Below the pieces are notes generated by a model, which worked only from the letters and a program-made list of their open reading frames with translations, was not told the DNA's origin and did not search any database. The position numbers and the translations under genes were made by a program. Shown here piece after piece: positions 1 to 8,022 of a stretch of 32,000 nucleotides of DNA (position 1 is its first letter; every line of letters begins with the position of its first letter). This DNA comes from Vulcanisaeta distributa DSM 14429 (GTDB taxonomy: Archaea; Thermoproteota; Thermoprotei; Thermoproteales; Thermocladiaceae), in NCBI RefSeq assembly GCF_000148385.1, contig NC_014537.1, forward strand, positions 1,980,001-2,012,000, given 5' to 3'.

Positions 1-677
1 CCTCTTAATACCACATTGAGATTGTAGAACTCAACGAGTTCCTTAATGAATTTATTAACTGAGTAATCAATCCTCGCCAATCGCATTAAGTACTCAATGA
101 ATGCCTTGTCTATGAACGTGTCAAGAAGCATCACACTATACTGAGTATATTGCTTATTAATCCTTAGGAAACTATCAAGTGCAGGGCCTGCTGGGTGTCG
201 AATCTCTATTAACTTATTGCGCAGGTCCTCTACATCCCTAACACTCATGATCGCAGCCAGCACATGCCTTCTACCAAGTTCCTCCTCCACAGTAACATTA
301 ATCAAACCCTCCATGGACCCACCACCCTCCAACCCCCTCATTAATGACTTCGCAATTACCTTAACATTCTCAAGCTCAAACCTCATTAAGTATGACTTCA
401 AGACTGTCGATGCCGGAGACGGCACTGATGATGCCAACGAACTTATCGACTTGATTACGTGAGACCTAACCTCGTTAGTCACTTGGGCCTCATCAACTAT
501 CTTACCCAACCTCTCAAGGATATCCCCATACTCAGTACCCTTCAGCACGTTCACCGCATCCTCAAGGGTCTGGGCCAGTATCAATGCGTTCAATCTATCC
601 TTACTCAAGTACCTAGCCCTTAACCCCCTAACCCTAGGTCCAAGCGCGGTTAATTTAATAACGTAATTGCTCGACAT
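1..677 (-). CDS. atpC: A-type (A1A0/V-type) ATP synthase subunit C, N-terminal ~225 codons; 3' end runs off the window
   Basis: Absent from the ORF track because it is truncated. My translation of the minus strand from ATG 677-675 stays open to position 1: MSSNYVIKLTALGPRVRGLRARYLSKDRLNALILAQTLEDAVNVLKGTEYGDILERL... The RVRxxxxxxL...L..TxY N-terminal pattern resembles archaeal AtpC / V-ATPase d. The 217..462 + ORF is its antisense shadow. Confidence 0.6.
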   Translation of the reverse strand, partial: MSSNYVIKLTALGPRVRGLRARYLSKDRLNALILAQTLEDAVNVLKGTEYGDILERLGKIVDEAQVTNEVRSHVIKSISSLASSVPSPASTVLKSYLMRFELENVKVIAKSLMRGLEGGGSMEGLINVTVEEELGRRHVLAAIMSVRDVEDLRNKLIEIRHPAGPALDSFLRINKQYTQYSVMLLDTFIDKAFIEYLMRLARIDYSVNKFIKELVEFYNLNVVLR

Positions 678-682
678 TTCAC

Positions 683-1000
683 TTACTCACCGATCAATGC
701 CTTAATAACCTCATCAACGGTTTTATCAATTGCGTCATTAACTCTCTTCTTAAACTCCTCAACCTCCTTATGCAGTTGTTCCGAATACTTACTCACCTCA
801 TTCTCAATTTCCCTAGACCTACTCTCCCTATACTCATTAATAATCCTCTTTATGTACTCCTCAACCTCACTTTGAACCTTAACCTTAACCTCGTTTATTA
901 ACTTAGCAATCTCAGCATCATTACTATCCCTTAACTTATACACCTCATCAACCTTACTATCAACCTTCCTGAGAATTTCATAAATCCGTTCTAAAGACAC
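683..1000 (-). CDS. Small charged coiled-coil protein; possibly an A-type ATP synthase peripheral-stalk subunit (H/G- or E-like)
   Basis: 105 aa, GTG start, heptad-like K/E-rich sequence (EVEEYIKRIINEYRESRSREIENEVSKYSEQLHKEVEEFKKRV). Ends 5 nt upstream of the atpC start, so probably co-transcribed. TATA-like atatttttaagg sits about 25-35 nt upstream on the minus strand. Confidence 0.45.
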   Translation of the reverse strand: MSLERIYEILRKVDSKVDEVYKLRDSNDAEIAKLINEVKVKVQSEVEEYIKRIINEYRESRSREIENEVSKYSEQLHKEVEEFKKRVNDAIDKTVDEVIKALIGE

Positions 1001-1138
1001 GATAATGACTCTGCGATAAGGCCCTTAAAAATATTATTGCATCATAATTGATTATGGCGCATTGGTATAAACCGTGGTTTATTATCAATGATAAATAATG
1101 GTAAAGACCTAAAAATATCTTTTTAAAACCCGTGATTA

Positions 1139-1564
1139 ATGGATACGAAGGATGTCGTAAGGGCTTTCAGACTCATAAGCATTGCACTATACGTAGTGAT
1201 AATAATAATAACCGTGGTCTTAGGCACCGTGGCGCTATATCTAGCTGTTAAAGATATTATGTCGTTAATGCCCTTTTCCTCAATATCTGACGTAAAAATA
1301 CTAGGTGCTTTATCTGCGGTATTCCTCGTCGTAATAGCGCTTGAATTTGTTGACATGTTCCTAGAATACATAAAGACGGGTACCGTAGTCGTAGACCTGG
1401 TACTTGCTGTTGTCCTCACGGCGATCTCCAGGGAATTACTGCTCTATATCGCATCACCGGGCGCGTCCTTTGACTATGGCGTATTGTTAGTGGCCAGCAT
1501 ACTGGTGCTTGCACTGGCGTATTGGTTAGTCAGTAGGGCTAAGATGGTGTCACATATTAGTTAA
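1139..1564 (+). CDS. PsiE-like (phosphate-starvation-inducible E family) small membrane protein
   Basis: 141 aa with about 4 hydrophobic segments. FLVVIALEFVDMFLEYIKTG...LTAISRELLL parallels the E. coli PsiE core (YFLYFEFIALIVKYFQSG...ITAIVRLIIV) as I recall it. TATA-like ctttttaaaac lies about 20 nt upstream. Confidence 0.5.
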   Translation: MDTKDVVRAFRLISIALYVVIIIITVVLGTVALYLAVKDIMSLMPFSSISDVKILGALSAVFLVVIALEFVDMFLEYIKTGTVVVDLVLAVVLTAISRELLLYIASPGASFDYGVLLVASILVLALAYWLVSRAKMVSHIS

Positions 1565-2527
1565 CTCAAGTCTCCTCGGCATTTCAGGCAGTAAATTCCT
1601 AATGCTATAAAGGGTTTCGTACTCATTTATACCAAGTCTTTTCATTATGTTGGTTATGGCATCCTCAAGCACGTCCTTATTAATGCCGTGTATCATGAAG
1701 TAGCAGTTATAGGGCCATGAACCAAGGGTCACCTCCCTAAGCACCACATGCGTGGTTTCCTCAATTAACGCAGCTCTTTCACAGATTTCCGGCGTTGCCT
1801 TGAATACCACCATCGCATTCTCCCTAAATCCCACCTTATCTGAGTCCAGTGTTGCGTAAAAGTCCCTAATCACCCCAACCCTCATTAAATTATTAATTAA
1901 TTTCCTCAGCCCATCAATATCCGTGTTTGCGAGACTTGCTATTTCATTAAAAGGCTCCCTCTCAATGCTTATTGCCCTCAACTTCCTGAAAAACTCCATT
2001 GGAAGCCCCGTGGATTCTATGGGTGGTACATTGAGCGGTAATATCATTGACTTCGTTCGAGATACCCCACTGATTAAGTCAAACTTAACGTCAATCTTAT
2101 AGGTCCTCAGCGCCGTTAATACCACAAGGTCATTAATACCAAACCTGGACAGGGTATTGGAGACCTTCATTATTAGCTCCTCCTTGCTCCTGGCCTTGGT
2201 AACAAACCACACATTATACCTAGGGTGTTCCCTAACGAAGTTATGCGAGACCTGAGGATCGGAATTTATAGCCTTGGCAACCTCATCGATTAACTCATTC
2301 GGTACTTTAACGCCAATTAAAGCCGATACCAAGCCCCTTGATCTATAATTCACCAGCGCCCCAATCCTCTTAATCACGCCATTGCTTATCAGGCTTCTCG
2401 TCTCACTTAATACCCAATTCTCATCCTCGCCAAGTCTCTTGGCCACATCAAGAAATGGCCTTTTAGTTATTGGGAAGTTGTACTGAAGCTCCATTAGTAA
2501 TGACCTTCTTTTGTCAGTAAGTTCCAC
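1550..2527 (-). CDS. ahbAB: Fused AhbA/AhbB-type siroheme decarboxylase (NirD/L/G/H-like, Lrp/AsnC fold duplicated), alternative heme pathway
   Basis: 325 aa, which is two Lrp/AsnC-like halves. The N-terminal HTH-like part is LMELQYNFPITKRPFLDVAKRLGEDENWVLSETRSLISNGVIKRIG. The family signature VSHNFVREHPRYNVWF matches SHNYER...NLWF. Confidence 0.7.
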   Translation of the reverse strand: MELTDKRRSLLMELQYNFPITKRPFLDVAKRLGEDENWVLSETRSLISNGVIKRIGALVNYRSRGLVSALIGVKVPNELIDEVAKAINSDPQVSHNFVREHPRYNVWFVTKARSKEELIMKVSNTLSRFGINDLVVLTALRTYKIDVKFDLISGVSRTKSMILPLNVPPIESTGLPMEFFRKLRAISIEREPFNEIASLANTDIDGLRKLINNLMRVGVIRDFYATLDSDKVGFRENAMVVFKATPEICERAALIEETTHVVLREVTLGSWPYNCYFMIHGINKDVLEDAITNIMKRLGINEYETLYSIRNLLPEMPRRLELTNM

Positions 2528-2619
2528 AGGTCATGCCCTTGATTACTACTTAAAAAGTGATTTGCGTTTGCGCTCCGGTGAATAACTGTTATATAAGGGT
2601 TAATTAAAACGCGCATTGT
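2528..2619. promoter_or_regulatory. Divergent promoter region (ahbAB / small wHTH gene)
   Basis: ttatataag lies about 22-30 nt upstream of ATG 2620. ctttttaagtag (minus-strand reading) lies about 25-35 nt upstream of the ahbAB start at 2527. Confidence 0.4.
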
Positions 2620-2967
2620 ATGGAGGAGTACGATCTACGAATTATAAAAGCACTGGTTGATTTAGTAAGTAAGAGCAGGGGTAAGAGGGTAACCATTAAG
2701 GCAAGGTCATTACTAAAGTTTGCAGGTCTTAATGATAAGCACTCAGACATTCTAAAGACGGCTAAGGTCCTCGGTAAATTGGCGAATGATGGTTATGTTA
2801 GGGTTGAGAGCACAAAGCCCGTTAAGACTAGGTCCAGGGTTCTTAGGTACATAATTACTGAGAGTATGGAACTATGGAAATTGGCTAAGGAGAATCCAAA
2901 TGACGCCGTTAACATCTTACTGAAGAGGTTAAGGGATTTAAGTAATTACGGTGAGGCTCAGGCTTAG
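2620..2967 (+). CDS. Hypothetical small basic protein, possible winged-helix DNA binder
   Basis: 115 aa ORF with a plausible TATA box, ending 6 nt before the next gene. No motif I recognise. The helix-rich basic pattern (LKTAKVLGKLANDGYVRVES) is wHTH-like. Confidence 0.4.
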   Translation: MEEYDLRIIKALVDLVSKSRGKRVTIKARSLLKFAGLNDKHSDILKTAKVLGKLANDGYVRVESTKPVKTRSRVLRYIITESMELWKLAKENPNDAVNILLKRLRDLSNYGEAQA

Positions 2968-2973
2968 GCCTGA

Positions 2974-4194
2974 ATGGCAGGTAATACGGCCGTGAGGAAG
3001 GAGGTAGAAATCGTTAAGGGGCATAGGCTTGACTATCAATTATACAGGTATTTCCTACAGTACTTCTCTGAAAGTGAATTGGAAAGTATCTTTGAAAGCA
3101 TTAGGAGACCACCAGGTAGGTACTACATTAGGGTTAACACCTTGAGGATAAGCCCTGAGGAATTAATGAGGTTACTACGTGAAAGGTCTATAGACGTATA
3201 TCCTGATGAGTATTTACCTGAGGCGCTTTGGTTCCCCGTTAAAGGACCTAATAAGATACCGTCAGCACGTAAGTACGTACTCGCCGATAAGAGAGCCGCT
3301 GAGAGTGTTTACGTAGGCGCTAACCTATACGTACCCGGTGTAGTGAGGATGGATGAGGAGATTAGGAGGGGTGACGAGGTCAACGTCATAGCCCCCAATG
3401 GTGAGGTTGTGGCGTTTGGGATAGCCGAGGTAAGTAATGACAATATCAAGACCACTAGGCACGGAATTGCAGTTAAGACACTAGTCAGTGTCTATGAGAT
3501 GCCTAAGGTTAGGGAGATGAGGGAGTACGAATTGGGTCTCTTCTATGACCAAAGCCTACCGGCCCAGTGGGTTGGCCATGTAGTTGACCCTAAGCCCAAT
3601 GAGGTTATTATCGACATGAACGCGGCGCCTGGCGGTAAGACGAGCCACGTAATACAGTTAAGTGGCGGTAAGGCTATTGTCCATGCGTTTGATAGGAGTG
3701 AGGGTAAGGTTAGGGAGATGATTGAGATACTGAATAGGCTTGGAATGAATGGTCTTTATAGGGTTGAGGTCAGGGATACGAGGTACCTGGACATCGATAG
3801 GCCTGACCTCATCGGTTCTGCGGATAAAGTCCTCATAGACCCACCCTGCACGGACATGGGTGTTAGACCCAGGCTATTTGATGTGAAGACCATGGACTTA
3901 GTCATGGCGATGTCGAATTATCAGAGGCAGTTCATTAAGGTTGCGTGGAGGTTATTAAGGCCTGGTGGTATCCTCATTTACTCAACATGCACAATACCAC
4001 CACTTGAGAATGAGAATAATATTGCCTATGCCGAGGGCCTAGGCTTCGAGGTAATTGATATAAGCATCCCCAGGGCATCAGGTGGATTGATTGATAAGTA
4101 TAAGAATTCTGTCGTTAGATTTTACCCGCATGTACATGACACGCCAGGCTTCTTCATAGCTAAGCTCAGGAAGCCTTCTCAAAGGCATCAATAA
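2974..4194 (+). CDS. PUA-domain NOL1/NOP2/Sun-family RNA (cytosine-C5)-methyltransferase, archaeal NSUN6-like tRNA m5C methyltransferase
   Basis: PUA-like segment GANLYVPGVVRMDEEIRRGDEVNVIAPNGEVVAFGIAEV. SAM motif IIDMNAAPGGKTSHV. Catalytic motif IV DPPCTDMG and motif VI YSTCT. Confidence 0.85.
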   Translation: MAGNTAVRKEVEIVKGHRLDYQLYRYFLQYFSESELESIFESIRRPPGRYYIRVNTLRISPEELMRLLRERSIDVYPDEYLPEALWFPVKGPNKIPSARKYVLADKRAAESVYVGANLYVPGVVRMDEEIRRGDEVNVIAPNGEVVAFGIAEVSNDNIKTTRHGIAVKTLVSVYEMPKVREMREYELGLFYDQSLPAQWVGHVVDPKPNEVIIDMNAAPGGKTSHVIQLSGGKAIVHAFDRSEGKVREMIEILNRLGMNGLYRVEVRDTRYLDIDRPDLIGSADKVLIDPPCTDMGVRPRLFDVKTMDLVMAMSNYQRQFIKVAWRLLRPGGILIYSTCTIPPLENENNIAYAEGLGFEVIDISIPRASGGLIDKYKNSVVRFYPHVHDTPGFFIAKLRKPSQRHQ

Positions 4195-4627
4195 ACATTG
4201 GCTTTAGTAGATTCACTAGGTCCTTAACGTTAATCCTCATCAGCGTGTTCCTAGACCCGCCGCCACATAATACATAATCATTCTCCAGTATTGACGGGTC
4301 CATAACAACCTTAAGCGATAGAACCCTCTCACTGAGTGGCGTCACCGCACCAACATCAACACCTAAAACCTGCTTAACCTCCCTTGCCTTAGCCATTGTT
4401 ACTGACTTACCCAACGCCTTAGACAACCTATCAAAATTAATGATCTTATCACCCCTAACAATTGCCACCAGGTACTCATCACCAGCCCTGAGCAATAACG
4501 TCTTAACAATCTTACTCGTGGGCTCACCACTTTCCCTAGATGCCGCCTCCACGGTCTCAACTCCATGGTCAAACTCTAGAACGTTAACGGCCAAACCCAT
4601 GATGACCTCCCTACGTACCTTAACCAC
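4166..4627 (-). CDS. YbaK/ProX-family aminoacyl-tRNA trans-editing deacylase
   Basis: 153 aa. KTLLLRAGDEYLVAIVRGDKIINFDRLSKALG...GAVTPL...VVMDPSI...VLCGGG is the typical YbaK/EbsC layout. Its 3' end overlaps the convergent methyltransferase gene by 29 nt. Confidence 0.8.
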   Translation of the reverse strand: MVKVRREVIMGLAVNVLEFDHGVETVEAASRESGEPTSKIVKTLLLRAGDEYLVAIVRGDKIINFDRLSKALGKSVTMAKAREVKQVLGVDVGAVTPLSERVLSLKVVMDPSILENDYVLCGGGSRNTLMRINVKDLVNLLKPMFIDAFEKAS

Positions 4628-4693
4628 AATACTTAATCAATGGGTTGCCCTTTAATCCTTTTAATACATGGCATAAAGCATACCCCAGTGATT

Positions 4694-5950
4694 ATGGCCG
4701 TAAACATAGTCGCTAAGGAGTTCAGGGAATTCTTCAATGAGGAACCAACCCTAATAACCTCAGCGCCAAGTAGGTTGGACTTCCTTAATACGCACCAGGA
4801 TTATAAGGGGTTGCCCGTCGTTGCCGTTGGTATCAACCTAAGAACTTACATCGCTATTTCCAGGTCTCAGGATGAGTTTGTGGTAGCGTCGGGCAATCTG
4901 AGGGATGATAATGTAAAGTATGTCGATAAGTTCTCACTAAGCGAGTTAAAATTACTTGGTGGTAAGTGGTTTGGGGACTATATTAGGGCCCTTATAATGG
5001 CGTTTATGAGGCATGGCTATTCTATCAACCCCTTTAAGGCGTGGATACGTAGTAATGTACCAATAGCGTCAGGGCTTGGGAGTAGTGGCACATTATTGGT
5101 GGCGTTAGCCTCAGCGATTAATGCCATTAATGGGTTTAACCTCGATAGAAGGGCCATCGCTGAAATAGCGTATGAGGCTGAACATGACGTCATGGGCATA
5201 CCCTGCGGTAGGCTTGATCAGTATGCCGCTGCCTTTGGAGACATCGTGGTCATAGAGACCAAGCCTCCCTACAATGTTGAGGTTCTACCACGCCTTAATG
5301 GAGTATTCTTAGTCGTGGATACGGGCATTAGGCATAGCACCGCGGATATACACCCCAAGCGACAGCAGGAGATTGATGAGGGCCTCAATAAATTACTTAG
5401 TATGGATATATCGGGGAGTTTAAGGAAGAAGCTTGGGGCTCATTATTGGGAGGTTCATTGGGATGAAATAAGAGAGGATGAAATATCACGATTTATTGAA
5501 GGATTAAGTGACGTGCCTAGGAGGAGGATATTATATACGTTGAGGGCTAATGAAAGCACGAAAATAGCATTGAAGGTTATCAAGGGGGAGGCTGTCGATA
5601 TTAAGGACTTAATGAGGACACTGAACCTAAGCAATGCAGAGGTGGATAGTTTAATTTCACGTTATGACTGGAGGGAGGCGTTAATTGGCAGGGTTATGAC
5701 TTACCAACATAGACTACTTAGTGAGTATTACGATGTGAGCCTACCCATAATAGATGAGTTAGTTAACTTCCTAGTGAATGAGGGTGTGTATGGGGCTAAA
5801 TTGTCTGGAGCCGGCTTGGGAGGCTCGGTCATCGCGCTCGTCAGGGATGAGGCTATGGCCAGGGAGATACTGAATAAAGTCCTAGGTAGGGGTTTAGCTC
5901 CGAGGGGCTGGGTCGTTAGTATAGATGGTGGGGTGATGGTTCATGGTTAA
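4694..5950 (+). CDS. galK: Galactokinase (GHMP kinase)
   Basis: APSRLDFLNTHQDYKGLPV matches the galactokinase signature region (GRVNLIGEHTDY equivalent). GHMP motif PIASGLGSSGTLLVALA. C-terminal SGAGLGGSVIALV. The track ORF starts at 4640. I prefer ATG 4694 (MAVNIVAKEF) because ttttaatac sits about 20-27 nt upstream of it and 4640 would leave no promoter space after ybaK. Confidence 0.85.
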   Translation: MAVNIVAKEFREFFNEEPTLITSAPSRLDFLNTHQDYKGLPVVAVGINLRTYIAISRSQDEFVVASGNLRDDNVKYVDKFSLSELKLLGGKWFGDYIRALIMAFMRHGYSINPFKAWIRSNVPIASGLGSSGTLLVALASAINAINGFNLDRRAIAEIAYEAEHDVMGIPCGRLDQYAAAFGDIVVIETKPPYNVEVLPRLNGVFLVVDTGIRHSTADIHPKRQQEIDEGLNKLLSMDISGSLRKKLGAHYWEVHWDEIREDEISRFIEGLSDVPRRRILYTLRANESTKIALKVIKGEAVDIKDLMRTLNLSNAEVDSLISRYDWREALIGRVMTYQHRLLSEYYDVSLPIIDELVNFLVNEGVYGAKLSGAGLGGSVIALVRDEAMAREILNKVLGRGLAPRGWVVSIDGGVMVHG

Positions 5951-6926
5951 TAAGCCCGTCATGGAGCTTAGGTGGGACCCAACACTTGGGGAGTGGGTTC
6001 TTGTATCTAACATTAGGCGTTTTAGGCCGTGGCAACCAAGCAATTACTGCCCATTTTGCCCTGGAAACCCTGAGACTGGTTATGGATGGAGGGCCTTAAT
6101 ACTCGAGAATAGATACCCAATGCTCATGGAGAACCCACCCGAACCTAGTAATCATTGGTTTTATAGGACGGGTAAATCAGTGGGTAGGTGCTACGTGGTT
6201 GTTGAGACCCCTGAGCATAACATTGATGATATTAGTGACTTATCCATTGATCAAATTGAGTATGTACTGAATATGATAATTGATAAGGTGAGGGAGGAGT
6301 CAGGTAGGGCTTATGCGCACTACTTCCTTTGGTTTAGGAATAAGGGTAGGGAAATAGGGGTCTCACTGACGCATCCTCATAGCCAAATATATGTGTTGCC
6401 GTTCACGCCTAGTAGAATTGAAAGAGAGCTCAACAATGCTAAGGAATACTTTAATAATTATGGCAGGTGCCTATTTTGCGATATATTAAGTGCTGAGCTT
6501 AAGGACAGTGTGAGGTTGATCTACAGCAATGATTACTGGGTCTCATTCATGCCCTTCTACTCACATTGGCCCTTTGAGATTCATATTTACCCGAGGAGGC
6601 ACGTTCAATTAATTACGGAAATTACGAAGGATGAAGTTAAGGATTTGGCCGAGATCCTTAAGGTATCATTATGCGGATTAAAGCACATATTTAATAAGTC
6701 AATGCCATACGTATTAGTGCTACACCAGGCACCACTGAAGGGTGATTACCCATATTACCACCTGCATATTGAGATTTACGGTATCCTTAGGGAGGAGGAT
6801 AAGATCAAGTATGCAGCCGGCATGGAGACTGGTGGCGGTAATTTCACGTATGACTCCGTGCCTGAGGAGAATGCGCAGAGGATTAGGGACTCAGTAACCA
6901 GGAATTGCACTCATAAAGGACAATAA
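5943..6926 (+). CDS. galT: Galactose-1-phosphate uridylyltransferase (HIT superfamily, class I)
   Basis: Zn motif CPFCPGN, active-site HPHSQIY (His-Pro-His), and a second CLFCD motif. It overlaps the galK stop by 8 nt. Confidence 0.85.
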   Translation: MVNKPVMELRWDPTLGEWVLVSNIRRFRPWQPSNYCPFCPGNPETGYGWRALILENRYPMLMENPPEPSNHWFYRTGKSVGRCYVVVETPEHNIDDISDLSIDQIEYVLNMIIDKVREESGRAYAHYFLWFRNKGREIGVSLTHPHSQIYVLPFTPSRIERELNNAKEYFNNYGRCLFCDILSAELKDSVRLIYSNDYWVSFMPFYSHWPFEIHIYPRRHVQLITEITKDEVKDLAEILKVSLCGLKHIFNKSMPYVLVLHQAPLKGDYPYYHLHIEIYGILREEDKIKYAAGMETGGGNFTYDSVPEENAQRIRDSVTRNCTHKGQ

Positions 6927-6969
6927 TTGCTGCGTTAGGTTTTTATTAAATTCCATCTCTTACGGCTCA

Positions 6970-7977
6970 ATGAGCAGCGCATTTAAGATATCAGTCACCA
7001 AGATGGATTTTGGAGTTAGTGAGGAATTAACAAGTAAGGTTTACGACACGGTAATAATCGGCGGAGGACCGGCGGGCATGTCCGCAGCCATATACGCGGC
7101 TAGGTATGGACTGAGCACGATAATAATTACCGAGGAGATTGGTGGGCAGGTGGCTAAGTCTGGGTGGGTTGAGAATTACCTTGGCTACACAAGGATTATG
7201 GGTCCAGACCTGGTCAATAAGTTTGAGGAGCATGTTAAGTATTACAACGTACCGATAATCATTGATTCTGTCGAGAATGTGGAGAGGGATGGCGATTTAT
7301 TTAAGGTTTATACATTGAACGGTGATGAATATACCGCGAGAACCGTAATAATAGCGGTCGGCGAAAAGAAGAGGAAGCTTAACGTGCCCGGCGAGGACAC
7401 ATACAACGGTAGAGGTGTCAGTTACTGCGCACCCTGCGATGCACCACTATTTAAGGGCAAGGTCGTCGCGGTGGTTGGCGGTGGCGATTCGGCGGCATCA
7501 GCGGCATTGTTATTGACTGAGTATGCAACCAAGGTCTATATAATCCATAGGAGGAACCAGTTAAGGGCCCAGAAGTATTATCAGGACTTGTTGCTTAAGA
7601 ATCCGAAGATTGAGATTATATGGAATACCGTGGTTAAGGAGTTACAGGGCGATAAATTACTTAGGAAGGCAATACTGCAGAGGGTTGACACGAAGGAGGT
7701 ATTTGAGTTACCACTCGATGGTTTATTTGTTGAAATAGGCGCGGAGCCGCCTGTCGAGTTATTTAAGAGGATTGGGCTTGCTCTCTCGCAGGATGGTTAC
7801 ATAAAGGTCAATCACCTAATGGAGACAAGCATACCGGGCATTTACGCAGCTGGTGATTGTGTGGACCTAACGCCAAGGGACTTTAGGCAGATAGTGGTGG
7901 CTGCCGGGCAGGGAGCCCTTGCTGCGTACTCCGCCTATAACTATATAATTAGAAAGTACGGATTTAATAGACGCTAA
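6970..7977 (+). CDS. trxB: Thioredoxin reductase-like FAD/NAD(P) disulfide oxidoreductase
   Basis: FAD motif VIIGGGPAGMSAAIYAAR, redox CxxC CAPCDA, second dinucleotide motif VVGGGDSAASAAL, C-terminal YAAGDC. An alternative start at 7003 (MDFGV) is possible. Confidence 0.85.
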   Translation: MSSAFKISVTKMDFGVSEELTSKVYDTVIIGGGPAGMSAAIYAARYGLSTIIITEEIGGQVAKSGWVENYLGYTRIMGPDLVNKFEEHVKYYNVPIIIDSVENVERDGDLFKVYTLNGDEYTARTVIIAVGEKKRKLNVPGEDTYNGRGVSYCAPCDAPLFKGKVVAVVGGGDSAASAALLLTEYATKVYIIHRRNQLRAQKYYQDLLLKNPKIEIIWNTVVKELQGDKLLRKAILQRVDTKEVFELPLDGLFVEIGAEPPVELFKRIGLALSQDGYIKVNHLMETSIPGIYAAGDCVDLTPRDFRQIVVAAGQGALAAYSAYNYIIRKYGFNRR

Positions 7978-8022
7978 TGCCTGAGAAAATTTATTTTTGG
8001 ATTAGTATCCAGGTTTTTTGTA

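Noticed and set aside
217-462. 81-aa plus-strand ORF
   Set aside because: It lies entirely antisense to the well-formed atpC reading frame (1..677, minus). Its S/T/L/P-rich low-complexity product is typical of a shadow ORF.
1123-1419. 98-aa minus-strand ORF overlapping the PsiE-like gene
   Set aside because: It is antisense to a membrane protein with a recognisable family pattern and its own promoter. The product is T/S-rich and shadow-like.
4640-4693. Upstream extension of galK (track start at 4640, MGCPLILLIHGIKHTPVI)
   Set aside because: It would start 13 nt from the divergent ybaK start, leaving no promoter. The TATA-like ttttaatac lies inside the extension at the right distance from ATG 4694. 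The extension has no counterpart in galactokinases.
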